A DNA stretch of 64,000 bases from NCBI GenBank assembly GCA_045628045.1, contig JAZQOV010000006.1:64001-128000 (forward strand), in the 5' to 3' direction. Source of the DNA: Bacilli bacterium. GTDB lineage: Bacteria; Bacillota_I; Bacilli_A; RFN20; CAG-826. The notes under the pieces are model-generated. The model was not told the DNA's origin. It saw nothing but the letters and a program-made list of their open reading frames with translations, and did not search any database. Positions 46,715 through 57,500 of the stretch are shown here, one piece after another. Numbering within the stretch: position 1 is the stretch's first letter; each line of letters starts with the position of its first letter. The position numbers were made by a program, and so were the translations under genes.

Positions 46715-47209
46715 CTAATAATTAGTTTCTTGACGTTTATAATTAACAGATAATTTTGTTTTATAAGAAGAAATAATATCTTCACTAGACATGCCTAAAC
46801 TTGGAGTCAAATTTAGAAATGTTTGAAATGCTTTCTCGTAAGTTTTTAAATTGTAATGTTTTTGCAATGCAATTACTTGTTTATAAAGTTTATGAATTTG
46901 AAGTGTTAATTCTTCTTTTTGTTCTTTGATTTCGTAAACGAATTTCTTTGCTTCTAAAGGAATTCCAAGCGAGAGCAAAAAATGAAGTCCGTCCGCAAAT
47001 TCATCCATCACTATTTCTTTTGCAGAAGGTCCTTTATTTGACCAATATTTGAAACATCTTGTCTCATTAGCGAGTTCACCAATTTCAACAATTAAAGCGA
47101 GCAAACGTTTATCATGTGTAGACTTATACGAAACATGATGATTGTCTGCAATCTCTTTATCAAGCTTTGCTTGAAGAGAATAAAGTTCTTCTAAATTTAC
47201 ACTATTCAT
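46715..47209 (-). CDS. Dimeric (all-alpha) dUTP diphosphatase
   Basis: EIGELANETRCFKYWS, EFADGLHF, K..VN.KRQ. Confidence 0.9.
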   Translation of the reverse strand: MNSVNLEELYSLQAKLDKEIADNHHVSYKSTHDKRLLALIVEIGELANETRCFKYWSNKGPSAKEIVMDEFADGLHFLLSLGIPLEAKKFVYEIKEQKEELTLQIHKLYKQVIALQKHYNLKTYEKAFQTFLNLTPSLGMSSEDIISSYKTKLSVNYKRQETNY

Positions 47210-49610
47210 TTACTTTTCCTAAGTGCCAAATATCGCGAATGTATTCTCTAATTGTTCTATCACTTGTGAAGAATCCACTCATTGCGACGTTATTTAAGCA
47301 CATCTCAGCCCATTTGGTTTTGTTTTGATACATTTGAGAAATATATTCTTGAGCTTTTACATAACTTTCCAAATCTTTTAAAACAAAGAAGTAGTCGTTA
47401 TTATTAATAAGTTCATCAAAAATCATTTGATATTGATCTGGTTTTGTAACCCATGGTCCATTAAGTAAAGAATCAATAACATTTTTCACTATGCATGAAG
47501 AATTATATTGTTCTCTGGCGTTATAACCACCTTTAGCGTAGTAATCTAAAACTTGGTTTGAAGTAAGACCAAAAATTACAATATTTTCCTTACCTACCAA
47601 GTCACAAATTTCAACGTTTGCACCATCGAGTGTTCCTAAAGTAACAGAACCGTTCATCATAAACTTCATATTTGAAGTTCCACTAGCTTCTTTAGAAGCA
47701 GTTGAAATTTGTTCACTAACATCAGCGGCAGGAATAATCTTTTCTGCAAGGCTAACACCATAGTTTTCAACAAATACGACTTTCATGTATTTTGAAATCT
47801 CTGGATCGTTGTTTACAACATTGGCAACGCAGCAAATTAAATTAATAACTTTCTTGGCAAAAGCATAGCTTGGAGCAGCTTTAGCACCAAAAATATAAGT
47901 ATGAGGATAAATTCTATAAGTTGGGTCGCTCTTCATACGATTATATTGATACATAACATTAAAAATGTTCATGAGCTGGCGTTTGTAAGCGTGAAGGCGT
48001 TTTACTTGGACATCGAAAATTGAGTTAACATCAAGTTCGATTCCCATTTTTTTATAGATATAATCCGCAAATTCTTGTTTCTTTGTTTGTTTGATTTCAA
48101 GGAATTTATCTTGGACATCTTTATCTTTTGTAAATTCCTTAAAATCTTTAAGCTTATTTTCCATATCCAAAATCCAAGAATCGCCAATTTTACTTGTAAT
48201 TAAATTAGCGAGTTCTGGGTTTGAATAAAGTAACCATCTACGATGGGTAACACCATTTGTTTTGTTATTAAACTTATCTGGATAAAGAGAATAGAAACCT
48301 TTAAATGTTTCTTTTTTTAGAATTTCAGTGTGAAGCGCTGCAACCCCATTTACCGAGAAAGAAGCATAAATTGCAAGATTTGCCATATAAACAAGTCCAT
48401 CTTTCAAAATTCTTACTTCTTGAGCAACGTCGCTTGAAACATTTTTCTTTGCAAGTTCTTCATTAAATCTGCGATCAAGTTCCTCAATAATCATTAAGCA
48501 ACGAGGAGAAACTTCTCTAATAAATCCAGTTGACCACTTTTCAAGTGCTTCTTGCATGATTGTGTGGTTAGTGAATGCAACTGTTTTTTGAACAACGTTC
48601 CAAGCATCATCCCAACCATAACCATAGTTATCCATCATAAGTCTCATGAGCTCTGGAATTAAGATAACTGGGTGAGTGTCATTAAGTTGGAATACATAGT
48701 ATTCATCTAAGTTTAGAAGGGTTTTGAATCTTCTATAATGACCTCTTAAAATTGATTGAAGTCCACTTGAAACAAAGAAATATTGTTGTCTAAGTCTAAG
48801 AAGCTTGCCTTTTTCATTTGAATCATCTGGATAAAGACCATGTGAAAGTTCTTTAAGACGATTAAGGTATTCTTCAAATTCCATTCCTTTTGGAAGGTTA
48901 AGTTCACTAGGTTCCGCAGACCAAAGTCTTAATGTGTTAACAACCTTATTTTTGTAACCAATGATTGAAACATCATACGGAACAGCCTTAACATGAACTG
49001 TGTTTACAGTTCTAAGACCAAACGAACCATCTTTTTTTAGATAAGATTCTGGATTACCACCGAATTGAACTTCAACAGCATGTTTTGGTTTTCTTACTTC
49101 AAAACTAAAGCCATTAGTGAGCCATTGATCTGGAACTTCGAATTGTCTATCTTTCTCAATAATTTGTCTAAAGAATCCATATTCATATCTAATGCAGTTT
49201 CCAATAACTGGGTAACCTAAAGATGAAATAGAATCAAGGAAACATGCGGCAAGTCTTCCAAGGCCACCATTTCCAAGTCCTGCATCGCTTTCTTGTTCTT
49301 CTAAATTGTGAATATTTAAGCCTAGTTCTTCAAGACCTTGTTTTGCAACATCATAAATTCCAAGGTTTTGCATATTGTTGATTAAAAGTCGACCAATAAG
49401 GAATTCCATTGAGAAATAAACAACTTGTTTTTTATGTCCTTCAATGACTTTATCTTTAGTTTCACGCCAATATTTTCCGGCGTAGTCTCTAACCATTTCT
49501 CCTAAAATGTCATATTGCTCAAAAATATGAGAATCAGGAACATCATTTCCATACTTTTCCTCAAGTCTTTTTAGGAATTCTTTTTTGAAATTTTCTTTTG
49601 AACTAAACAT
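47202..49610 (-). CDS. glgP: Glycogen/maltodextrin phosphorylase
   Basis: LGNGGLGRLAAC, LNDTHP, KRLHAYKRQ, EASGTSNMKF. Confidence 0.97.
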   Translation of the reverse strand: MFSSKENFKKEFLKRLEEKYGNDVPDSHIFEQYDILGEMVRDYAGKYWRETKDKVIEGHKKQVVYFSMEFLIGRLLINNMQNLGIYDVAKQGLEELGLNIHNLEEQESDAGLGNGGLGRLAACFLDSISSLGYPVIGNCIRYEYGFFRQIIEKDRQFEVPDQWLTNGFSFEVRKPKHAVEVQFGGNPESYLKKDGSFGLRTVNTVHVKAVPYDVSIIGYKNKVVNTLRLWSAEPSELNLPKGMEFEEYLNRLKELSHGLYPDDSNEKGKLLRLRQQYFFVSSGLQSILRGHYRRFKTLLNLDEYYVFQLNDTHPVILIPELMRLMMDNYGYGWDDAWNVVQKTVAFTNHTIMQEALEKWSTGFIREVSPRCLMIIEELDRRFNEELAKKNVSSDVAQEVRILKDGLVYMANLAIYASFSVNGVAALHTEILKKETFKGFYSLYPDKFNNKTNGVTHRRWLLYSNPELANLITSKIGDSWILDMENKLKDFKEFTKDKDVQDKFLEIKQTKKQEFADYIYKKMGIELDVNSIFDVQVKRLHAYKRQLMNIFNVMYQYNRMKSDPTYRIYPHTYIFGAKAAPSYAFAKKVINLICCVANVVNNDPEISKYMKVVFVENYGVSLAEKIIPAADVSEQISTASKEASGTSNMKFMMNGSVTLGTLDGANVEICDLVGKENIVIFGLTSNQVLDYYAKGGYNAREQYNSSCIVKNVIDSLLNGPWVTKPDQYQMIFDELINNNDYFFVLKDLESYVKAQEYISQMYQNKTKWAEMCLNNVAMSGFFTSDRTIREYIRDIWHLGKVNE

Positions 49611-49618
49611 AATACTAC

Positions 49619-51451
49619 CTACCTTTTTAGTTTCAATATCATTGCCCCAAATGAAGCAATTTTAAGTGTAATTTTGTATGGTTTTCCATAAGGACCACCT
49701 TTGGTGGTTTTTACTGGTAAACCATTGTATTGGTTATTTCCACTATAAACATCTTTATCGGAATTAAAGATTTCTTCATAGCTTCCATTAACATTGACTC
49801 CAATGTCGTAATTTTCATAAAAATTTGGAGTCATATTAAAAACACAAACAAAATGATCTTTATCATCAAAACGCTCAAACGCAAAAACAGATTGTTCTTT
49901 GTTGTCCACCATTAACCAATCAAAGTTATTTGGGTTATATTCGTTTAAATAAAGAGCAGGTTCGTGTTGATAAATCAAATTTAAGTCCCTTACTAATCTA
50001 GTGAAGGAATCATGAGTTGGATAAGATTTTAAATTCCACGCAAGAGATTTTTGTTCATCCCATTCATCAAAAGATGCGATTTCATTTCCCATAAAATTGA
50101 GTTTTTTACCTGGATGAGCAAATTGATAAGTTAAAAGATTACGACATAAAGCAAACTTCTGATTGTAATCTCCCCACATCTTATTAATTAATGTTCCTTT
50201 TCCAAAAACGACTTCGTCGTGTGAGAAAGGAAGCATAAAGTTTTCGTTAAAATAATAAGCCATTGAGAAGGTGATTTTGCCATGTTCATATTTCTTATAA
50301 ATAGGATCTTTAGAGTAATAGTTTAAAGTATCATTCATCCAACCAAGATCCCATTTATAATCAAAACCGAGTCCATTTTCAGTTGTTGGTTTTGTAACTC
50401 CATAAAAATCTGTGGAATCTTCTGCAATCATCATTAACGAGCAATGTCTATCGTGAAGTCTCGCATTAGTTCTTTTGATAAATTCAATAGCACCATCGTT
50501 AGTTCCTAAATCTTTGTTACCGAAATTAAAAATAATATGCGAAACAGCATCAATTCTAAAGCCATCAACGTGCATTTCTGTGGCGTAATAATTCATCGCA
50601 GACATTAAAAATGATCTGACTGGGTCTTTGCCTAAATCAAAGTAAACGCTTCCCCATTCAGAAATTCTTTTCTTTGGATTTGATGATTCATATAAATATG
50701 AACCATCATAATTATATAAAGCCCACGCATCTTTAGCAAAATGAACAGGTGCAAAATCCATAATTACACCAATACCAGCTTGGTGACATCTGTCGATAAA
50801 TGACATAAGTTGTTTTGGATTACCGTATTTTGAATCAGCGGCAAAAAATCCTGTGGCTTGATAACCCCAGCTTCTATCAAATGGATGTTGATAGATTGGC
50901 ATTAATTCAATATGGGTAAACCCATTTTCTTTAATATAAGGAATAATAGAATCTGCAATTTCTTCATATGAAAAGAAACGATTTTCTTGAGGTTTTTTCC
51001 AGCTTCCAAGATGTACTTCGTAAATTGACATTGCTTTATCAAAACATCTTGTTCTAGCTTTCATCCAGATTTCATCATGCCAAATGAAACCTTTGTAATC
51101 AAAAAGTTTGCTGGCTGTATTTGGACGATATTCCGAAAAGAATGCAAAAGGGTCAATTTTATCTACATATTTTCCTTTTGAATTTTTAAAATGAAATTTG
51201 TAGGTTTGATAATCCTTTAAACCTCTAACAAAGACTTCCCAAACGCCTGAATCATCAATTTTGCTCATTTTATGAGCAGAAACATCCCAGTTATTGAATT
51301 CACCAATTACTGAAACATCGTCTGCGCCAGGAGCATAAACTCTAAATGTTACGCCTTTGTAACGACCTTTTTTCTCAAAATGTGCGCCGAAAAATGTGTA
51401 CGCATCAATTGATTGACCAAATAAGAAATCGTACAACAAACCGTATGCCAT
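49619..51451 (-). CDS. glgB: 1,4-alpha-glucan branching enzyme (start revised to 51451)
   Basis: YEVHLGSW, SWGYQ, GFRIDAV, AEDST, SHDEV. Confidence 0.96.
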   Translation of the reverse strand: MAYGLLYDFLFGQSIDAYTFFGAHFEKKGRYKGVTFRVYAPGADDVSVIGEFNNWDVSAHKMSKIDDSGVWEVFVRGLKDYQTYKFHFKNSKGKYVDKIDPFAFFSEYRPNTASKLFDYKGFIWHDEIWMKARTRCFDKAMSIYEVHLGSWKKPQENRFFSYEEIADSIIPYIKENGFTHIELMPIYQHPFDRSWGYQATGFFAADSKYGNPKQLMSFIDRCHQAGIGVIMDFAPVHFAKDAWALYNYDGSYLYESSNPKKRISEWGSVYFDLGKDPVRSFLMSAMNYYATEMHVDGFRIDAVSHIIFNFGNKDLGTNDGAIEFIKRTNARLHDRHCSLMMIAEDSTDFYGVTKPTTENGLGFDYKWDLGWMNDTLNYYSKDPIYKKYEHGKITFSMAYYFNENFMLPFSHDEVVFGKGTLINKMWGDYNQKFALCRNLLTYQFAHPGKKLNFMGNEIASFDEWDEQKSLAWNLKSYPTHDSFTRLVRDLNLIYQHEPALYLNEYNPNNFDWLMVDNKEQSVFAFERFDDKDHFVCVFNMTPNFYENYDIGVNVNGSYEEIFNSDKDVYSGNNQYNGLPVKTTKGGPYGKPYKITLKIASFGAMILKLKR

Positions 51452-51558
51452 ATTACAATAATCATACCACAAAAAATATTAGGTGATAAATAAAATTTAT
51501 ATCATTTGAAAATAAAGCTAATTTAACTTATAATAACAGCAATTAAGAAGGTAAATTT

Positions 51559-52752
51559 ATGGCAAAAGTAATGGCAGTTAACGCAGGATCATCAAGTTTA
51601 AAATTTAAACTTTTTGAAATGCCTGAAGAAAAAGTTTTATGTTCCGGAAACGCTGAAAGAATTGGTCACGAAGACGCAATTTTCGGTATGAAATGGAACG
51701 GAGAAAGTGAAAAGAAAACTCTTCCTATTTTGGATCATGCTCGTGCAGTCGAATTAGTTGTAGAAGCTATGCTTGAAAAAGGAATTGTTAAAGATATGAA
51801 TGAAATTGTCGCAGTTGGACATCGTATCGTTCAAGGCGGTAAATATTTCAGCAAATCAGAATTATTTAATGAAGATACAGAAGCAAAGATTGAATCACTC
51901 ATTCCACTTGCGCCACTTCATAACAAAGCTCACTTAGTCGGTTTTAGAGCTTTCAAAAAAATTCTTCCAAATGTCACAAACGTTGCAGTTTTTGATACTG
52001 CTTTTCACCAAACAATGGAACCAGAAGATTACGTATTTCCAATCCCATACGAATTCACTGAAAAATACGATTGCAGGCGTTATGGAGCACACGGAACTTC
52101 ACACAAATATTTAAGCGAAAAAGCACTCAAATATTTACCTGGAATTAAGAACCCAAAAATCATCTCTTGTCACATCGGTTCTGGAGCATCAATTACAGCC
52201 ATAAAAGATGGCAAATGTGTTGCTACATCCATGGGGCTTACACCTTTAGGTGGAATTATGATGGGAACACGTACAGGCGACCTAGATCCAAGCGTTATGA
52301 ATTACCTTTGCAAATGCACTGGAAAATCAGTTGAAGAAATGTATCAAATTTTTAACAAACAATCGGGCTTCCAAGGCGTGTCAGAAGTAAGTAACGATTC
52401 ACGTGATGTTATCGCTGCAGCAGAAGCAGGTAACGAGCATGCAAAATTAGCTATCAGATTGTTCACAAGACGTGTTGCAGATTTCATTGGTCAATACTTC
52501 GTTCGTTTAGGTGGTGCTGACTTAATTATTTTCTCAGCAGGAATTGGCGAAAACTCATATTCATCTAGAGAAGATATTTGTAAAGAAATTGCTCCAGCCT
52601 TAGGAATTGATATTGACTACGAACTTAACAAAAAGATTCGTGGAGAAGAAGCTTTAATTTCGACACCAAAATCAAAGATTAAAGTCGCAATTATTCCAAC
52701 TGATGAAGAAGTTATGATTGCCCGCGATACATTTGCGTTTTACAAAAAATAA
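51559..52752 (+). CDS. ackA: Acetate kinase
   Basis: NAGSSSLK, LAPLHN, FDTAFH, YGAHGTSH, TDEE; TTGAAA-17-TATAAT promoter at 51506-51534. Confidence 0.97.
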   Translation: MAKVMAVNAGSSSLKFKLFEMPEEKVLCSGNAERIGHEDAIFGMKWNGESEKKTLPILDHARAVELVVEAMLEKGIVKDMNEIVAVGHRIVQGGKYFSKSELFNEDTEAKIESLIPLAPLHNKAHLVGFRAFKKILPNVTNVAVFDTAFHQTMEPEDYVFPIPYEFTEKYDCRRYGAHGTSHKYLSEKALKYLPGIKNPKIISCHIGSGASITAIKDGKCVATSMGLTPLGGIMMGTRTGDLDPSVMNYLCKCTGKSVEEMYQIFNKQSGFQGVSEVSNDSRDVIAAAEAGNEHAKLAIRLFTRRVADFIGQYFVRLGGADLIIFSAGIGENSYSSREDICKEIAPALGIDIDYELNKKIRGEEALISTPKSKIKVAIIPTDEEVMIARDTFAFYKK

Positions 52753-52767
52753 GATATTACAAAATAA

Positions 52768-52797
52768 TAAAGGGAGGATTCATTCCTCTCTTTTTTG
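52768..52797 (+). terminator. Terminator after ackA
   Basis: AGGGAGGA-5nt-TCCTCTCT plus T-tract. Confidence 0.75.
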
Positions 52798-52846
52798 TTA
52801 TAAAACTTGAAAGAAAAGAAATAATCTTGTAATATACTCTATTCCT

Positions 52847-53830
52847 ATGGAAAAGATTGTATTAAATAGAATTAAGAATTACACAAAACAAATAGACGTT
52901 TTATTCAAAAAAATTAAACAATTTGATCGAATCGCCGTCTTTAGACATGACCACCCAGATTATGATGCTTTAGGCTCACAAATGGGTTTTGTGTCTTTTT
53001 TAAAAGACAACTTTAAAGACAAAGAAGTTATTTATGTTGGCGATGACCATGTTGCATTAACCGGAAAATGCTTCCCAAAAATGCAAAAAGTTAAAGATGA
53101 ATGGTTTGAAAAACCTTTCCTTGCAATTGTTCTTGATTTAAGCACATCAGATAGAAGTTGCGATGATCGTTTTACAAAAGCAACTTGCGTCGCAAAAATT
53201 GACCACCACCCTGATGTTGATAAATATGGAGATATTCAAATCGTTGACCCTTCAATGATTGCTGTTGGAGAACTATTAGCATGTATCTTCCTTTATAAAG
53301 GAAAGTACACCATTTCTAGTAAAACAGCTTCGTATTTATTTAAGGCGATTGTTGGAGATTCTGGAAGATTTTTGTATGCAGAAACTTCAGAATTAACTTT
53401 CTTTGTTACTCAAAAGCTTCTTCAAACTGGATTTAATATGAAGAAAGCCTACAACGAAATGTATGAAGAAAAACTTTCAGACCTTGAAGTAAGAAAGTTC
53501 ATTCTTCAAAATTATAAGATTACAAAACACGGTATTGCCTACTACATCCTTAAGGATGAGGATTTAAAAAGATTTAATCTTGTTCCAATTCAAGGCAAAG
53601 ATAATGTTAACTTATTTGCTCATTTTAAAGGTATAAATGCTTGGATGAGCTGTACCGAGGATAAAGCAAAAGGCAATTGGAGAATATCTATTAGAAGTGC
53701 TGATAAATCCATTGAAGATATTGCGATGAAATACAAAGGCGGAGGCCATGCAAACGCATCCGGATGTAAAGTAAAAACCCTTAAGGATTTTGAAAATTTA
53801 GTTAAAGATTTAGACAAACTTTTTAAATAA
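52847..53830 (+). CDS. nrnA: DHH/DHHA1 oligoribonuclease/pAp phosphatase
   Basis: H..PDYDALGS, IDHH, DSGRF, GGGHANASG. Confidence 0.9.
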   Translation: MEKIVLNRIKNYTKQIDVLFKKIKQFDRIAVFRHDHPDYDALGSQMGFVSFLKDNFKDKEVIYVGDDHVALTGKCFPKMQKVKDEWFEKPFLAIVLDLSTSDRSCDDRFTKATCVAKIDHHPDVDKYGDIQIVDPSMIAVGELLACIFLYKGKYTISSKTASYLFKAIVGDSGRFLYAETSELTFFVTQKLLQTGFNMKKAYNEMYEEKLSDLEVRKFILQNYKITKHGIAYYILKDEDLKRFNLVPIQGKDNVNLFAHFKGINAWMSCTEDKAKGNWRISIRSADKSIEDIAMKYKGGGHANASGCKVKTLKDFENLVKDLDKLFK

Positions 53831-54523
53831 ATGCTCATCTATTTTATCCGTCACGGAAACCCTTGTTACGAACCTGATTCTCTTACTCCAAGAGGACATT
53901 ATGAAGCAGAAGAAACTGCTAAATTTTTGTTAACAAGAAACATTGAAAAAATTTATTCTTCTGACTCAGCTAGAGCCTATGAAACTGCCGAACATTTTGC
54001 AAATCTTTCAAAGAAAGAAATTACAAAAATGCATTGGGCAAGTGAATATGTTTCTGGCGAATATTTTGGTACTATGATTAACGGATATTTTGAATTTTTC
54101 GACACTGCAAAACAATATCGTGAAGCATGCGCTCGTGACCAGGATGATCCTGAATGGTATAAACACAAACCTTGGTGCGATATGCGAATGAAAGAAGGCT
54201 CAGATTACTTTGATAAAGAAATTGATGCTTGGCTTGAAAGCATGAACGTTATTCACGATAGAGAAAAGAAAGAATTTTACACTAAAGGACAAACTCCTGA
54301 ATCAGTTGCACTATTCTCTCACGGCGGAGTTGGAATGAAATTCTTAACTTCAATGTTAGATATTAATCTTGTTAAGTTCCCAATTCTCTTTAGAGGATTC
54401 GATACTTGTAGCGTTACAGTGTTTGAAATCTCGCTTGAAGATTCACACAAATGTCGTTTAGTAACCTTCAACAAAGTTGTCTACGATATTGATGATTCTA
54501 TCAAGAAAGAAATGAAGGTTTAG
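53831..54523 (+). CDS. Histidine phosphatase (PGM-like) family protein
   Basis: IRHG, SSD..RA.ETA, SHG. Confidence 0.88.
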   Translation: MLIYFIRHGNPCYEPDSLTPRGHYEAEETAKFLLTRNIEKIYSSDSARAYETAEHFANLSKKEITKMHWASEYVSGEYFGTMINGYFEFFDTAKQYREACARDQDDPEWYKHKPWCDMRMKEGSDYFDKEIDAWLESMNVIHDREKKEFYTKGQTPESVALFSHGGVGMKFLTSMLDINLVKFPILFRGFDTCSVTVFEISLEDSHKCRLVTFNKVVYDIDDSIKKEMKV

Positions 54524-54535
54524 TAAATATGTTAT

Positions 54536-54569
54536 AAAGGTGTCAATTATTTGATACCTTTTATTTTTA
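54536..54569 (+). terminator. Terminator
   Basis: AAAGGTGTCAA-TTAT-TTGATACCTTT plus T-rich tail. Confidence 0.7.
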
Positions 54570-54598
54570 TTTAATATAATTAATGCTACACTATTAGT

Positions 54599-57500
54599 AT
54601 GCCTTTTGTCCCACTTCATGTTTATAGCGGTTATTCTTTGCTTAAATCTGGTCTTAAAATCGACCAGTATTTAGACGTCGCTAAAAAGAGGGGATTAACC
54701 ACCGTTGGCATTTCTGATTTTTCTACTTTTACCGGTGCACCAATTTTATACCATGAAGCTGAAAAAAGAGGTTTAAAGGTAATTCTTGGGGAAGATTTAG
54801 TTATTGAAAACTTGCTTTTCTCATTTTTTGTTCTTAGTGAACAAGGTTATCAAAATCTTCTTAAACTTTCACTTGAAGTAGAAAAAGGAAACAACCTAAA
54901 AGATGTTATTTTAGAGCATAACGAAGGATTAGCAGTTGTTTTAACAACTCAAAACGATCCTCTTAAAGCATCCTTACTTGCTAGTGAAGACGACTTTGCC
55001 AAAAGATTAGCAAAGCTAACTCGTGGAATCGATAATTTCTACTTAGGTTTAGAAATCACAAACGAAAAAACTTATATTGAAGCAATAAGAGAATTTGCTT
55101 TTTCACATGGCTATAAGCTGTTAGCTTACCCATCAATTAAATACGTTAAAAAAGAAGATGCAATTGTCCTTGAAATGATGAAGGCAATTGATTCAAAAGA
55201 AGTTTTAGAAACTAAAAGTTTAGAGGGAGATGAGTACTTAAAAACTCCTGAAGAAATCGCAAATCTTTACACTGAAGAAGAACTTAAAAATATCGACGAA
55301 TTAGTTTCACTTGTGAACTTTGATTTTGCAAAGCCAAGAGGAAAAATGATTTCTTGGTTTAATGTTACAGGAGAAAAAGGTGACGATGCTTTAGCCAGAC
55401 TTGCAAGGCAAGGGCTTGAAGAAAAAGGTAAAACTTCACCTGAATACATCTCTAGATTAGAGTTTGAATTAAACACAATTAAGCAAATGGGTTATAGCGA
55501 TTATTTTTTAATTGTTAAAGACTACATTGATTTTGCAAAAACTCACGATATCGCTGTCGGTCCAGGACGTGGCTCCGCCGCCGGCTCTCTTGTTTCGTAT
55601 GCTTTAGGAATTACAGTTCCAGATCCACTTCAATATGACCTTCTTTTCGAACGTTTCTTAAATCCTGCTCGTCAAACAATGCCAGATATCGACGTTGACT
55701 TTAGTGATATTCATCGTGAGGAAATCGTTTCATATTTACGTTCAAAATATGGAAGCAATCATGTTGCAAGAATTCAAGCTGTTCAAACATTAGGCGCCAA
55801 AGCTGCTTTAAACGATGTAGGCAGAATCTTTAATTATGACAAACATGACATAGAGATGTTTACAAAGTTAATTAAAGATGAAAAAGACGACAAATTGTCA
55901 CTTAGAGAAATTTATAAAACAAACGCTAAATTTAGAGAACTTGTAAATAACGACAAATATTATTTAGAGATTGTCACTCTTGCAAGCAAGATTGAAGGAC
56001 TTCCAAGACAAGGTTCTCTTCACGCTGTTGGTATCGTTTTAAATGCTGAACCTCTAGAAGGCGTTATCCCACTTTCAAATGCTTTCGACGGAGGTTATGT
56101 CGAGCAATTTGAAAAAGACTATATTGAAGAACAAGGATTTCTAAAAATGGACATCCTTGCACTTCGAAACATTACAATTGTTGAAGATTGTTTAGCTTTG
56201 CTAAATGCTAAAGGGATTAAGATTAATAGAGATGAAATTCCTTATGATGACCCTGCTGGAATTAAGTTAATTGCATCAGGGAAAACAACTGGTTTGTTCC
56301 AAGTTGATACCGCTACAATGAGAAAAGGTATCGCTTCACTTAAACCAAAAACTTTCGAAGATGTTGTCGCCTTACTTGCGTTAAATAGACCAGGCCCAAT
56401 GGCTTTCATTAAAAACTATGCTGATCGTAGAGATGGAAAAGAAAAATATTCTTATCTCTCAGAAGCTTTAAAAAATATTCTTGGACCAACTTATGGAATT
56501 ATTGTTTATCAAGAGCAAATCATGCAAATAGCCTCGAAAATGGCGGGATTTTCGCTTGGAGAAGCAGATTCTTTCCGTAGAGCAGTATCCAAAAAAGACA
56601 GCAAAAAACTTGAGGCTCTACGTTCATCATTTGTAAAAGGCGCAGTTAATAAAGGTTATAAACAAGATGAGGCAAATAACGTTTTTAACCTCATTGATAA
56701 ATTCGCAAATTATGGTTTCAACCGTTCACACTCGCTCGTTTACGCAATATTTACAGGTCGTATGGCGTACCTAAAGGCGCATTATCCGAAAGAATTCTAC
56801 ACATCAATTCTCGCTAATGCTTCCACCACCGAATTTAATAACACAATTGCGGAAATGAAGGCACTTAAAATTAAAGTCAAATGTCCTGACATAAATGAAT
56901 CTGGTATGGCTTTCAAACTTCAAGGTGATAGCATTCTTTTCCCAATTACCTCTGTAAGAGGTGTTTCAAGTGTAACAGCTCAAAATATCGAAATTGAAAG
57001 AGCAAATGGACCTTTTAAAGATTTATTTGATTTTGTTATAAGAATGAAAAAGTACCGCTTTAGCGATGCTCAATTAATTAGTCTTATTGACGCTGGATGT
57101 TTCGATTCTATTGAACCATCACGTGCTTCTCTTAGACTTACTATTCCTAATGCACTTAGCTACGCTGGAGCATTACTTGATGATCAAGGTTTACTTAGTA
57201 TTGATCCAAGCTTCCTTCCTAAACCAACAATTATAAAAACCGATGATGATCTTATAGATAATCTAAACCGTGAATTTAATGCTCTTGGTTTAATGGTATC
57301 TGGTTCACCACTTGATGCTTATCAAACAAAGATAAAATCTTTGAAAGCAAAACATTTAGACGAAATTACTAGTTCAACTGGTGATATAAAAATTGTTGGA
57401 ATTATCAAAAATATCAAAAAAATCACCACAAAGAAGAAACAGCAAATGGCTTACATAACCATTTATGATGATACATTGGAAACTGAGCTTACTGTTTTCC

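Noticed and set aside
54599-55300. Degenerate PHP metal ligands of DnaE as a novelty
   Set aside because: Loss of PHP metal-binding residues is common in Firmicutes DnaE
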